DNA of 64,000 nucleotides from Candidatus Binatia bacterium (GCA_038245295.1 JBBRSP010000001.1:32001-96000); one strand, 5' to 3'; positions 8,161 to 17,772 are shown, numbered from the stretch's first letter. The notes: generated from the letters alone by a model not told the origin. Numbers and translations: made by a program.

Positions 8161-10764
8161 ATGAGGACCACGATGCCTAATCAGCCGTCTCCGACCCTCT
8201 ACATCATCGACGCGAGTTCCTACGTCTATCGAGCCTTTCACGCCCTGCCACCGCTCACGAGCTCTTCGGGTGAACCCGTCAACGCGGTTCTGGGCTTCAC
8301 CACAATGATCCTGAAGCTTCTCAAAATGGTGCAACCCACGGCGCTCATCGCCGTCTTTGATCAACCCCAGCGGACGTTTCGGGATGATCTCTATCCAGCC
8401 TACAAGGCAAACCGTGAGGCGATGCCAAGTGAGTTGGTTTCTCAAATGGACGGCGTTCACTCGATGGTGAAGGCCTTTCAAATCCGATCTGTCTCCGTGG
8501 CAGGCGTTGAAGCCGACGATGTCATCGCGACTCTCGCCAGGCAGGTGACGCCCCGCCTGGACGTCGTCGTGATCACCGGCGACAAAGACTTGGCCCAAAT
8601 CGTTGACGATCATGTCCGTCTCTGGGACACGATGCGTGATCGCTGGTTCGACCCCGCAGCGGTGCGGGAGAGGTTTGGGGTTGCCCCAGCGCAGATCGCC
8701 GATCTCATGGCACTGATGGGGGACGCCATCGATAACGTACCTGGGGTACCCGGCATCGGTGCCAAAACCGCCGCCGCCTTACTGCAGGAATTTGGCTCCC
8801 TGGAAACGATTCTGCAGTCCCTTGAGCAGGTTGCTGCAATGAAGGGGTTGCGCGGCGCCACGAAGGTTGCGGCGGCGCTCCGCGAGCACGCTTCGTTGGC
8901 GCTATTGAGCCAAAACCTGACCAGGTTGAAAGGTGACGTCCCGTTGAGCGCCGATGCCACGGCCTTTGAATACGGCGGTCCAGATCTTGAGGCTCTCCGC
9001 CTGCAGTTCGAACACCATGGGTTCCAGCGCCTCCTGAAGGAATTCGCGACCAGCACGCTTCCCAACCCCGTCGAGGCGGCGGCACGCTGGGGGCCTGGTG
9101 AGATCGATCAGATCCTCGACGCGGCGGCAAAAAGCAGTGCCGTGGGCTTTGCTTGTGAGACGGTCGCTGACGAAGTCGTGCTCGGTCTCGCAACAAGCGA
9201 TGGCCTGCGCGGGTGTTTTCGCGGCTCGCGTGAAGATGTCGACAGGTTACTCCCCCTGTTCGCCGACTCGGCGATCGCCAAGATCACATACGACCTGAAG
9301 TCGAACCTGCTCCGCCTAGGCGGCTCCTTTGACGATATGGCGAGCCTGTCCGATGTGATGATTGCTTCATACTTGCTCGAGGCCTCGACGACGCATCGTC
9401 TGGAAGATCTGAGTGCGCAGATCCTCGGTGAGGCACTACTCAGCGAGAGCGAGCCCCTGGAGGATCGCCTTACCGGTATCGCATCGATATCGATGCGATT
9501 GGCAACGCGTCTTGACCAACAGATCCGCGATCAAGATATGGAAGGACTCTACCGCGATGTCGAAATCCCTCTGGCGCGAGTACTCGCCCGCATGGAGCGC
9601 GAAGGGATCTTCCTCGACACAGCCATCCTCGAGGCGATGAGCGTCGAGTTGAACGTGCGTGCCCAAAAGCTGGAGAGCGAGATCTACGAGTTGGCCGGCG
9701 GACCCTTCAATATCAGTTCACCACCTCAACTGCGCGAGCTTCTCTTCGGGAAGCTTGCCCTACCGACAAAGGGTGTGAAACGCGGCAAGACCGGGCTATC
9801 GACCGACGTGGATGTATTGACCCGCCTGTCGCTGGTGCATCCCCTACCCAAACGGATCCTCGACTATCGGAGTGTCACCAAGCTGAAATCGACCTACGTC
9901 GATGCTCTGCCGGCAGCGGTCGACCCAATAACCCATCGGTTACACAGCTCCTTCAACCAAACCATCGCGGCTACCGGTCGCTTGAGCTCGAGCAACCCGA
10001 ATCTCCAGAATATTCCGATCCGAGGCGAGGATGGCCGGCGAATTCGATCTGCTTTCGTGGCGCCGCTCGGACACCATCTGCTGGTCGCCGACTATTCGCA
10101 GATCGAGCTCCGAGTGCTGGCGCATCTGACGGAGGACGAGGGTTTGCGGGAGGCTTTCCGGAAGAATGCCGATATCCATGCCGAAACAGCCTCGACGGTC
10201 TTCGGCGTTCTACCGGGGTTGGTTTCGCCGGAGATGCGGCGCGTCGCCAAGGTGATCAATTTTGGTGTGATTTACGGCATGGGCGCGGTGAGTCTGGCGA
10301 AGGAGATCGGCAGCAGCACTGGTGAGGCGGAGCGGTATATCCATGACTATTTTGAGCGGCATGTGCGGGTCCGCGACTACATTGAGCGAGTCCGGGCGCA
10401 AGCCCGAGCGACAGGCTACGTATCAACGATATTAGGGAGGAGACGGGCCGTCCCGAATATCGCGAGCGCCGATCGCAACCTACAGCAATTGGCCGAGCGG
10501 ATCGCGACAAATACACCGATCCAGGGCTCGGCCGCAGATCTGATCAAGGTTGCCATGGTGCATCTGGATGCTGAGCTGAAGAGAACAGGCTATGCGGCGC
10601 GGCTCGTGTTGCAAGTCCACGACGAATTGGTGTTTGAGGTCGAGGATGGATGTCTTGCCGAGGTCACGGAACTCGTGCGGACAGGAATGGAGGGCGCGTA
10701 TCCACTCCTGGTACCGCTTGTCGTCTCGATTGGTGTCGGAAAAAATTGGTCGCAAGCACATTAG
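8161..10764 (+). CDS. polA: DNA polymerase I
   Basis: 5'-3' exo N-terminus (IIDASSYVYRAFHA, EADDVIA), TGRLSSSNPNLQNIP, DYSQIELR, AKVINFGVIYG, LQVHDELV. Confidence 0.97.
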   Translation: MRTTMPNQPSPTLYIIDASSYVYRAFHALPPLTSSSGEPVNAVLGFTTMILKLLKMVQPTALIAVFDQPQRTFRDDLYPAYKANREAMPSELVSQMDGVHSMVKAFQIRSVSVAGVEADDVIATLARQVTPRLDVVVITGDKDLAQIVDDHVRLWDTMRDRWFDPAAVRERFGVAPAQIADLMALMGDAIDNVPGVPGIGAKTAAALLQEFGSLETILQSLEQVAAMKGLRGATKVAAALREHASLALLSQNLTRLKGDVPLSADATAFEYGGPDLEALRLQFEHHGFQRLLKEFATSTLPNPVEAAARWGPGEIDQILDAAAKSSAVGFACETVADEVVLGLATSDGLRGCFRGSREDVDRLLPLFADSAIAKITYDLKSNLLRLGGSFDDMASLSDVMIASYLLEASTTHRLEDLSAQILGEALLSESEPLEDRLTGIASISMRLATRLDQQIRDQDMEGLYRDVEIPLARVLARMEREGIFLDTAILEAMSVELNVRAQKLESEIYELAGGPFNISSPPQLRELLFGKLALPTKGVKRGKTGLSTDVDVLTRLSLVHPLPKRILDYRSVTKLKSTYVDALPAAVDPITHRLHSSFNQTIAATGRLSSSNPNLQNIPIRGEDGRRIRSAFVAPLGHHLLVADYSQIELRVLAHLTEDEGLREAFRKNADIHAETASTVFGVLPGLVSPEMRRVAKVINFGVIYGMGAVSLAKEIGSSTGEAERYIHDYFERHVRVRDYIERVRAQARATGYVSTILGRRRAVPNIASADRNLQQLAERIATNTPIQGSAADLIKVAMVHLDAELKRTGYAARLVLQVHDELVFEVEDGCLAEVTELVRTGMEGAYPLLVPLVVSIGVGKNWSQAH

Positions 10765-10817
10765 AAAGGGCCCGGCGGTGAATATCGATCCAGGGGCTGC
10801 GTCGGAGCGGGGACGTT

Positions 10818-11396
10818 GTGGAGCGAACTGACAGTGAGCTTGTTCGAGAGACCAGACGGGGCGACAAGGATGCGTTTCGTGAACTGGTCGAGCGCTATCA
10901 GCGCAAAATCACCAGCGTTGCCCTCGGTATGGTCCGGAACCATGACGATGCGATGGAGATTGCCCAAGATACGTTTATCAAGGCCTACCAGAACTTGGAT
11001 GGGTTCAAGGGCGATTCGAGCTTCTACACATGGCTGTACCGCATCGTCGTCAACCGCGCCATTGACGTCCAGCGCCGAGAGCGCCGTCATCCCGTTGTCG
11101 CTGTTGAGGACCGGTTCGCATCCGACGATGGATCCGATCCCTACGAGAGAATTCACGTCGAACACCAACGTGGAGATCCGCATGAACAAACACAGTCCAA
11201 AGAGATCGGAGGGCGAGTGAAGCAAGCCATCGACGAGTTGACCCCCGATCACAAAGCCGTCATACTTTTGCGTGAGGTTGAAGGTCTTTCCTACGACGAG
11301 ATCAGTCGAATCATGCAGTGTTCTCTGGGTACCGTGATGAGTCGCCTCCATTATGCGCGCAAGAAGCTTCAGCGCAGCCTCAAGGACTGTATGTGA
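10818..11396 (+). CDS. ECF RNA polymerase sigma factor (RpoE-like)
   Basis: DAMEIAQDTFIKAY, SFYTWLYRI, EGLSYDEIS..GTVMSRLHYAR. Confidence 0.93.
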   Translation: MERTDSELVRETRRGDKDAFRELVERYQRKITSVALGMVRNHDDAMEIAQDTFIKAYQNLDGFKGDSSFYTWLYRIVVNRAIDVQRRERRHPVVAVEDRFASDDGSDPYERIHVEHQRGDPHEQTQSKEIGGRVKQAIDELTPDHKAVILLREVEGLSYDEISRIMQCSLGTVMSRLHYARKKLQRSLKDCM

Positions 11397-11438
11397 TGCG
11401 GCCGCTGACTCCCAAACAACGTAGAGATCGGGGCGGTT

Positions 11439-11996
11439 ATGCAAGCCGCTGAGTCACCTCTCTCCTGCAAAGACGTGGACGGACTGCTTCCCCTCTTCCT
11501 TGACGGGGAACTCGATGCGCGGCAGATGCGCGCCGTCGCCTTACACGGTAGTCGTTGTCTCGAATGCGAAAATGAGATCCGCTCCCTGGAGCGTCTCCAC
11601 GTCTTGATCAAGTCCACCGTTGAGGAGCAACTCGAGGCGGTCGACTTTTCTCACTTTTGGAACGATCTGAGCGCCAAACTTCCCCCGAAACGGTTGTCTT
11701 GGGCAACCCGGCTCCGCTCTCGCTGGGGTGACGCAGAAGGGTTCCGCTTCAATCCATACGTTGGATTGGCCGCGGCTGCGGCAGCTGCAGCTCTAGGCTT
11801 CCTACTCCTTAACACGCCGACAACACCGACGGTGCAGCCGGCGGCCCAGCAAGTTGCGTCGCAGGAAGACCCCGCGTCGATCGATTCGCTTTCTAGCGAT
11901 GTTAGCTCCGTTGCGGTCGTCAACGACCCCGAAACGAGCACAGCAGTTCTGTGGGTGAGCGACGATACGGTGGTCGACGACGGAGCCAACCGATGA
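11439..11996 (+). CDS. Zinc-finger (zf-HC2/ZAS) anti-sigma factor with TM helix
   Basis: LDGEL...HGSRCLEC (HxxxCxxC), then a hydrophobic Ala-rich segment. Confidence 0.85.
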   Translation: MQAAESPLSCKDVDGLLPLFLDGELDARQMRAVALHGSRCLECENEIRSLERLHVLIKSTVEEQLEAVDFSHFWNDLSAKLPPKRLSWATRLRSRWGDAEGFRFNPYVGLAAAAAAAALGFLLLNTPTTPTVQPAAQQVASQEDPASIDSLSSDVSSVAVVNDPETSTAVLWVSDDTVVDDGANR

Positions 11997-12478
11997 CCTG
12001 GTTGGCTCTCACGGTGGCGAGTGCGGTGGTGGCCTTCGTCACCTCTGGGGCAATTGCTCAGGACGCCGTCGGACCCCTCGGCGTAGTGCCCGACACAGTT
12101 GAAATCCGGATTGGTGCCGTCATCGCTAGTAATACGGGTACGGACTTCGATCCACGATTGGTCGCCCTACGCCATCAGTTCAACGCCCTCTTCCAGTACA
12201 CCTCCTATCAACTTCTCAAGGAAGAGCGCCAACGGGTCGCGTGGGGCGGCCGCGCTGGGTTTGATATTCCTGGAGGCCGCTACGTCGTTGTCGTTCCGCG
12301 GGAATACAAAAATGAGCGGGTGTCGATGAAGGTCATGGTAATCGAAGGAACGCGCCCGATTATCGATACGGTACTGTCTTTACGCGATCATGCGACCCTG
12401 CTGGTCGGAGGTCCACGGCAACGCGACGGAGTCCTGATTTTGTCGATTGGGGCCGATACGCCGAGGGTGCAACCATGA
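11993..12478 (+). CDS. Periplasmic hypothetical protein coupled to the anti-sigma
   Basis: ATGA overlap with the anti-sigma stop; signal peptide AIA|Q. Confidence 0.7.
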   Translation: MTWLALTVASAVVAFVTSGAIAQDAVGPLGVVPDTVEIRIGAVIASNTGTDFDPRLVALRHQFNALFQYTSYQLLKEERQRVAWGGRAGFDIPGGRYVVVVPREYKNERVSMKVMVIEGTRPIIDTVLSLRDHATLLVGGPRQRDGVLILSIGADTPRVQP

Positions 12479-12741
12479 TCTTGGACCTCGCCCGTTTTCT
12501 GTCTCAGGCCTTCAGCGCGGCTGACTCCGTTACGCGTGCTCTAATGCTCTGGGGACCGTCGTCCGGCTTCCCAAACCCATGGATGAACACCCTCGCTGCC
12601 TTGGGTGCGTTGGCCTTGTTAGCCGTGGCTGCCGGCGTTGCCGTGGGATCACTGAGCTCTCTGCTTGTCGCATCCCTGGTGTTGTACCTTCTCCTGACCG
12701 ACGTTTTTGGTGTGGCGATCGAACTGAACAACCCGGCCTGA
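12475..12741 (+). CDS. Small membrane protein
   Basis: ATGA overlap; long hydrophobic C-terminal half. Confidence 0.6.
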   Translation: MILDLARFLSQAFSAADSVTRALMLWGPSSGFPNPWMNTLAALGALALLAVAAGVAVGSLSSLLVASLVLYLLLTDVFGVAIELNNPA

Positions 12742-12757
12742 GCCGGACAGACCGGGC

Positions 12758-14020
12758 TTACGCCCGGCCTGCCTTGTCGCGGTAGTATTCAATCAGCAAG
12801 CTTGAGATCTCCGGTCGCAGAATGCGTGCGTCCGGTTTCTCACCTCCCGTGAGCAGGTCGCGGATCTTCGAGCCAGAGATCGATACCGGTTTCTCGTCGG
12901 CGTGGTTTTCCATGAGATCAACCCGGCCGACGCTCTCGAAGTAAGCGGCGAACCCGATGTTGCACGGGCGCGTTCGTAAATCGCCTTTCAGGTGGTTGAA
13001 GATCTCCTGTGCGTCGAAGTCTCCCCAAATCGGCGAACCGTCTTTGTACGGCGCGTCCGCGTGCTTGCGGCCGATGACGATGTCGGTGAAGCCATGATTT
13101 TGCCGATAGATCGCGTGCATGACGGCTTCCTTGGGCCCGCCGTACAGCATCTTGATGTCCAAGCCGACGAGTTCGAATACGTCGGTTAGGTCGTAGCCGC
13201 GATCTTTCCACAGAGCATCGTCCTTGTCTCCCTGCCCCAGAAGTTGCCCGTCGTGCAGAGCGCGGTAACAGCGCATGCGTACACGCGCCGGAACGTCATC
13301 GCCCTTGAGCTCACCGATGAGAGGATTGAGGACGACCCCGGCAAAGCTGCCTTCTCGCGTCAGACGCTCGACGCCGGCGACGAGCGCGTACTCGTGCGCT
13401 CGGTGCAATGGGTTACGCGTTTGGAAGGCGAGTGCACGCTCCCAACGACGCTCGGCAATCAGGGTGCGTGTCTGTCGCGGCGAGAAGACAAACTCGCCGT
13501 ATTCGGGGTCGATTCGCTGCGGCAGCGCCCAGATCTCGCCGCCCACGAGCTTGGTGCGTAGGTCCTCGGTGATGATCTGCCCGCCAGGGTGATCCATGCG
13601 ATTGGTGCCGTAGAACCGCTCGTTGTGTTTGGCCTTGTCCCAGTCGAATACATCGCTGATGCGCACCACGCCGACGATCGCACCCTCGTGGGCAAGGGCT
13701 GCCGAATGGCCAGGCTTCAGTGTTTTGGCCTCGTCATCGGTGACCGGCAACGAGATTGGAGCTGTCCATGCATAGTCCCGGAAGCCAAATTCGATGGAGG
13801 AGTTGTCGAGTACGTAATGCCATGTCTCTTCGTCCATGAATCCCGAGAGAGGCGACAGCGTGCCGTCCGCGATTCGATAAACCGTCGAGATATCGGCGCG
13901 GTTTACTTCGATGCGGGGCAGTGCACCGGCTTCGTGGAGAAACTGCTTGCGACGCGAGAGCGGTACGCTGCGCGAGACGGGCGCTTCTAGACCGCCATGA
14001 ACCTGGACCAGATCGGGCAT
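12758..14020 (-). CDS. sat: Sulfate adenylyltransferase (ATP sulfurylase)
   Basis: FQTRNPLHRAHE, YGGPKEAVMHAIYRQNHGFT..IGRKHA, ISGSKIR. Confidence 0.93.
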   Translation of the reverse strand: MPDLVQVHGGLEAPVSRSVPLSRRKQFLHEAGALPRIEVNRADISTVYRIADGTLSPLSGFMDEETWHYVLDNSSIEFGFRDYAWTAPISLPVTDDEAKTLKPGHSAALAHEGAIVGVVRISDVFDWDKAKHNERFYGTNRMDHPGGQIITEDLRTKLVGGEIWALPQRIDPEYGEFVFSPRQTRTLIAERRWERALAFQTRNPLHRAHEYALVAGVERLTREGSFAGVVLNPLIGELKGDDVPARVRMRCYRALHDGQLLGQGDKDDALWKDRGYDLTDVFELVGLDIKMLYGGPKEAVMHAIYRQNHGFTDIVIGRKHADAPYKDGSPIWGDFDAQEIFNHLKGDLRTRPCNIGFAAYFESVGRVDLMENHADEKPVSISGSKIRDLLTGGEKPDARILRPEISSLLIEYYRDKAGRA

Positions 14021-14081
14021 AATCGTAGACTCCTCTTCTTCGTGTCAGTTTCGCCGAGGCGGTGAACAACCGCGGTCGGCG

Positions 14082-14708
14082 TCAATTCCTGTTCGTTGCC
14101 TCAAGCCCATGGTGCGGGCAACCTTCGACGGGCACCGACGAGATCAACTGGTCGCGCGCCAGATCGACGAGAGTCGATGTGGCGGCGGCCGACAAACCCA
14201 CCAGGTTTCGTAGCACGGCGAGGCTGGAAATACCGGCGAGCACAAGGGCGGACACATCACTCCAAAGCCGGTTGCATTCAAACCCGGGAATGCGAGCAAC
14301 GCAGGCACTGCACCATTGCCCGGTGCTGTGGTCCCTGAGCGGGCCAAGGATCTGGGGCGAGCTGTTTGTTCCGATCAGCCACGTCGGGACCCCGGAGCGC
14401 AGAATCTGCTGCGCGTCTGCTTCGGTAATGGCTGCCGCCACTACCGCTGCATCAACCTGGGAAAGCGAGGTGCTGAGATCGGCCCCGTGCACGACGCGGG
14501 TATCGGGGTTGTCGATCCGAAGGGAGTTAGACGAAACCAGAAGGAGGCCGACCCCGGCACGACCCAAGTAGCTAGCGACGGTCTCCGCCAGGCAACCACT
14601 GCCCAGTACGAGAACCCCGGAGGCGAGCAGGTTCGACTGAGCCGCGCCATTCATGTCTGGCAGCAGCAATTGCCGGCTGTAGCGTTCGATCTGGTTGTCC
14701 GTCAGCAT
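14082..14708 (-). CDS. Degenerate ThiF/MoeB/E1-like protein (keeps RYSRQ, lacks adenylation motifs)
   Basis: MLTDNQIERYSRQLLLPD..AAQSNL; P-loop GSGCLA; no DxD..SNLxRQ; CSAC and CPHH. Confidence 0.8.
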   Translation of the reverse strand: MLTDNQIERYSRQLLLPDMNGAAQSNLLASGVLVLGSGCLAETVASYLGRAGVGLLLVSSNSLRIDNPDTRVVHGADLSTSLSQVDAAVVAAAITEADAQQILRSGVPTWLIGTNSSPQILGPLRDHSTGQWCSACVARIPGFECNRLWSDVSALVLAGISSLAVLRNLVGLSAAATSTLVDLARDQLISSVPVEGCPHHGLEATNRN

Positions 14709-14722
14709 CGCGACCCGGGTGT

Positions 14723-15709
14723 CTAGTGGTGCGACTGTTGGCGCTCGCGCCAATCTTGCCAGCCGGCCCACAAATTTGTACTCAAATATCGATCCCCGAA
14801 GTCACAGAAGATAGCGACAATGATACCGGCGTCGAGCTCTCTGGCGATCCGCAAGGCGCCCACCATCGCGGCACCGGAGGACTGGCCGACCACCAGCCCT
14901 TCTTCCGCGGCAAGGCGGTAGACCATTTCGTACGCGACATCGGTCCCTATGCTCAACTTCCGATCAAGCTCATTCTCATGGTAAATGCCCGGGACAATCG
15001 AGCTCTCCATGTGCTTGAGCCCTTCCAGTCCATGCCAGGCGTCGTCCGGCTCGATCGCCACAACCTGGACGCTGGAGTTCCGCGACTTCAGATACCTCCC
15101 AGTGCCCATGATCGTTCCGCCCGTTCCGATACCGGCGACGAAATGGGTGATTTGGCCTCCGGTATCGCCCCAGATCTCCGGTCCAGTGCTTTCGAAGTGG
15201 GCGCGCGGATTCACTTCGTTAAAGTACTGGTCGGGTTTGAAATACTTTCCCGGCGATTCGGCGATGATCTTGCGGCACAACAGGATGGCTCCATCGGAAC
15301 CTTCCAAGGGATCACTGAAAATCGTCTTCGCTCCGTAGGCGTTGACGATCCGTTTGCGTTCGATGCTCACATTGGCCGGCATGACCAGTTCAACCGGATA
15401 TCCGAGCGCCGCACCCGCCATGGCCAGGGCGATTCCCGTGTTCCCCGATGTCGAATCGAGTATGGTCTTGCCGGCGCAAAGCTTGCCGTTCTGCAGCCCG
15501 TCGCGGACCATCCAAACGGCGGGACGGTCCTTGACCGAGCCACCAGGGTTGAGGCCTTCCAACTTGGCGAAGATCCGCACCCGCGGTGGAACGTTGTCGC
15601 GCAGCCTCTTGATCTCGATGAGCGGTGTGTTGCCGACGAGATCGAGAATCGATTCCGCTTTGCGCGGCCGCTGGGTCAGCGCCGCATCCTGTGCCACCCG
15701 TGCCGCCAT
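14723..15709 (-). CDS. cysM: PLP-dependent cysteine synthase (CysM-like)
   Basis: NPGGSVKDR, STSGNTGIA, GIGTGGT, GQSSGA, DFGDRYLST. Confidence 0.88.
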   Translation of the reverse strand: MAARVAQDAALTQRPRKAESILDLVGNTPLIEIKRLRDNVPPRVRIFAKLEGLNPGGSVKDRPAVWMVRDGLQNGKLCAGKTILDSTSGNTGIALAMAGAALGYPVELVMPANVSIERKRIVNAYGAKTIFSDPLEGSDGAILLCRKIIAESPGKYFKPDQYFNEVNPRAHFESTGPEIWGDTGGQITHFVAGIGTGGTIMGTGRYLKSRNSSVQVVAIEPDDAWHGLEGLKHMESSIVPGIYHENELDRKLSIGTDVAYEMVYRLAAEEGLVVGQSSGAAMVGALRIARELDAGIIVAIFCDFGDRYLSTNLWAGWQDWRERQQSHH

Positions 15710-15725
15710 GACGCGCTGACCAGAA

Positions 15726-16001
15726 TCAACCGCCGGCGATGGCGGGAACGATCGCCACTTCGTCTCCGTCCTTGAGCGCCGTTTCGAGGCTGTTCAGGAA
15801 GCGGATATCATCGTTGTTGACGAACAGATTGACGAAGCGCCGCACCTTGCCGGCCTCATCGCACAACCGCTCTTTGATGCCGGGGCATTTCTTCTCGAGA
15901 TCCTCAATTGCCTGCGCGACATTGGATCCTTCGACCGATACTTCCTCGGAGCCGCCGGTGAAGCGACGCAAAGGGGTTGGGATTCGAACGCGAACAGCCA
16001 T
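15726..16001 (-). CDS. Ubiquitin-like sulfur carrier (MoaD/ThiS/CysO family)
   Basis: [17 protein letters not shown]...[29 protein letters not shown] with exposed C-terminal GG. Confidence 0.93.
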   Translation of the reverse strand: MAVRVRIPTPLRRFTGGSEEVSVEGSNVAQAIEDLEKKCPGIKERLCDEAGKVRRFVNLFVNNDDIRFLNSLETALKDGDEVAIVPAIAGG

Positions 16002-16085
16002 CCTTACTTTCCTCCAATCATCGAATCCGGCGACCCGGTTGGGCGCAGCCAGAACCTCTCTTCGTTCCTTCATTCCGTTGTGAAG

Positions 16086-16859
16086 TCAACCGGAGTCGTC
16101 GCTTGTAGTGTGGGCACTCGATCCTTCCGACTTAGCAGCACCGCAAACCGGGCACTGCGGGTCGGGTGCCGTCGCGATCTGCCGCAACCCTCCGGTTCGG
16201 CCGTCGAAGAGCAGCAGGCTCCCCTGACGGAGCGGTGGCACCGATGGTTGGTCGATGACGCGCCACGCCTCCGCAGCCTGAAGGGCCCCGAGCACGCCAA
16301 CCACCGGCCCCAACACTCCGGCGCGCTCGCACGTCAGTGCCTCGTGCGATCTCGGCGGTTCGACAAACAGGCATCGCAAACACGCCGTGTGGCCCGGTCT
16401 AACCAGAAATAGTTGCCCCCGCCAACCGATGGCGCCGGCGTGGCAGAGCGGAATGCCAGCCCGCACACAGGCATCGTTCAACACGAACTTCGTGGCTTCG
16501 TCGTCGACCGAATCGACCACGACATCCGCCTCGTCGATGATGGCCGCAACGTTTGTGGCATCAACGTGCTGGGCGATGGCGGCGACACGCAGTGTAGGGT
16601 GATCGCGTTGGAGTCGAGCTGCGGCAACCCACACCTTGAGCGAACCGATGTCACTCTCCGCGTAGAGGAGTTGGCGGTGCAGATTCGAGAGCTCGATACG
16701 ATCCGCGTCGACGAGGGTGAGTCGTGAAATGCCCGCTGCCGCGAGGCCGACTGAAGCAGGAACTCCGAGGCCACCGAGGCCGATGACGACGGCGTGGCCT
16801 CGACGCAGCAGTGCCTCACCGGTGACGGCACCGGCCACCTCAGTAATAGGAACGTCCAC
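16086..16859 (-). CDS. ThiF/MoeB adenylyltransferase (E1-like) lacking the N-terminal RYxRQ segment; start uncertain (GTG 16859 or 16838)
   Basis: GLGGLG, DADRIELSNLHRQ, K, DSVDD, CLRC, LTCERAGVLG, CPVC; upstream part of the ORF overlaps bamD and is probably not translated. Confidence 0.88.
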   Translation of the reverse strand: MDVPITEVAGAVTGEALLRRGHAVVIGLGGLGVPASVGLAAAGISRLTLVDADRIELSNLHRQLLYAESDIGSLKVWVAAARLQRDHPTLRVAAIAQHVDATNVAAIIDEADVVVDSVDDEATKFVLNDACVRAGIPLCHAGAIGWRGQLFLVRPGHTACLRCLFVEPPRSHEALTCERAGVLGPVVGVLGALQAAEAWRVIDQPSVPPLRQGSLLLFDGRTGGLRQIATAPDPQCPVCGAAKSEGSSAHTTSDDSG

Positions 16860-17772
16860 GTCCAAAAGGATCGAAGGCCGGTCCCATCGCCGGCATCGCT
16901 CCGCCGCCGCGAGAAGGTGGACGCGGCAAGTCGAATGCCGGCAGTTGCACCGTCTCGAGCGCGCCGGGAGTGCGCTGTCGGCCATTGAGTGCAAGCAGAT
17001 CATCAATCGGATCGCTGGCCTTGCGCGTTTTTGGCAGACCGATCCTTTGCAACTCTTGTTGCGCCGTGATCGCTTCCGCGGTGCCGGGGTGCAGATTGGC
17101 GAGCGCCTGGTAGGCCAGGGCTGCCCGATCGTTCTGCTCGCGCGCCTGATACAACGCGGCAAGCTGGAGAAGGCCATCGACGGCACTGCTGGTATCACCA
17201 TAGTGCGCCGCCAAATCGAGCAAACGGGTTTCTTGCGCCGACTCATTATCGTGACGTCGATAGAACTCCGCCACGTAGAATTCGTGCTTGGCGAGGTGTT
17301 CGCGGCAGCGCGTGAGCTGTTGCCGCGCCAAGGTGGCGAAGGGGCTGTCTGGATACTGCCGCGAGACGGTCAAGAAATAGGTTTGCGCGTTTAATGCGGC
17401 TGTCTGATCGCGATCAATGAGGTCAATCTGCTTCGCGTAACACATTCCTAAAATGTACCCGATGAACGGCAGGTGGGCACTCGTCGGGTGGCGCCTCTGG
17501 AAATCCGACAGGGCTACGATGGCCTCGGCATAATTGCCGTCCAGATACTGCGCATGTGCAATCTTGAGTTCGGCTTCCTCGGTATGGTCGCTGAAGGGAT
17601 GTTGATCGAGCAACTCATGGTACTCTTCGACAGAACGCGACAACGAGCCGGATCGAAAATCGTTCGTCGCGTCGCGAAAGTACTCGTCGGCGGAGCGCAC
17701 AACCTTGTTCTCACAGCCGAACGTCAGGGCCAAGAAAATCAGCCATACGTGGCGAGTACGACGTTGATTCAT
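16840..17772 (-). CDS. bamD: Outer membrane assembly lipoprotein BamD
   Basis: Lipobox LTFG-C, TPR-like helices, HPFS, RDQT, YPDSPF, LAKHEFYVAEFY. Confidence 0.88.
   Translation of the reverse strand: MNQRRTRHVWLIFLALTFGCENKVVRSADEYFRDATNDFRSGSLSRSVEEYHELLDQHPFSDHTEEAELKIAHAQYLDGNYAEAIVALSDFQRRHPTSAHLPFIGYILGMCYAKQIDLIDRDQTAALNAQTYFLTVSRQYPDSPFATLARQQLTRCREHLAKHEFYVAEFYRRHDNESAQETRLLDLAAHYGDTSSAVDGLLQLAALYQAREQNDRAALAYQALANLHPGTAEAITAQQELQRIGLPKTRKASDPIDDLLALNGRQRTPGALETVQLPAFDLPRPPSRGGGAMPAMGPAFDPFGRGRSYY

Noticed and set aside
16860..17246. N-terminal extension of the ThiF ORF (386 aa in the track)
   Set aside because: It overlaps the bamD coding region in another frame and has no ThiF-like sequence.
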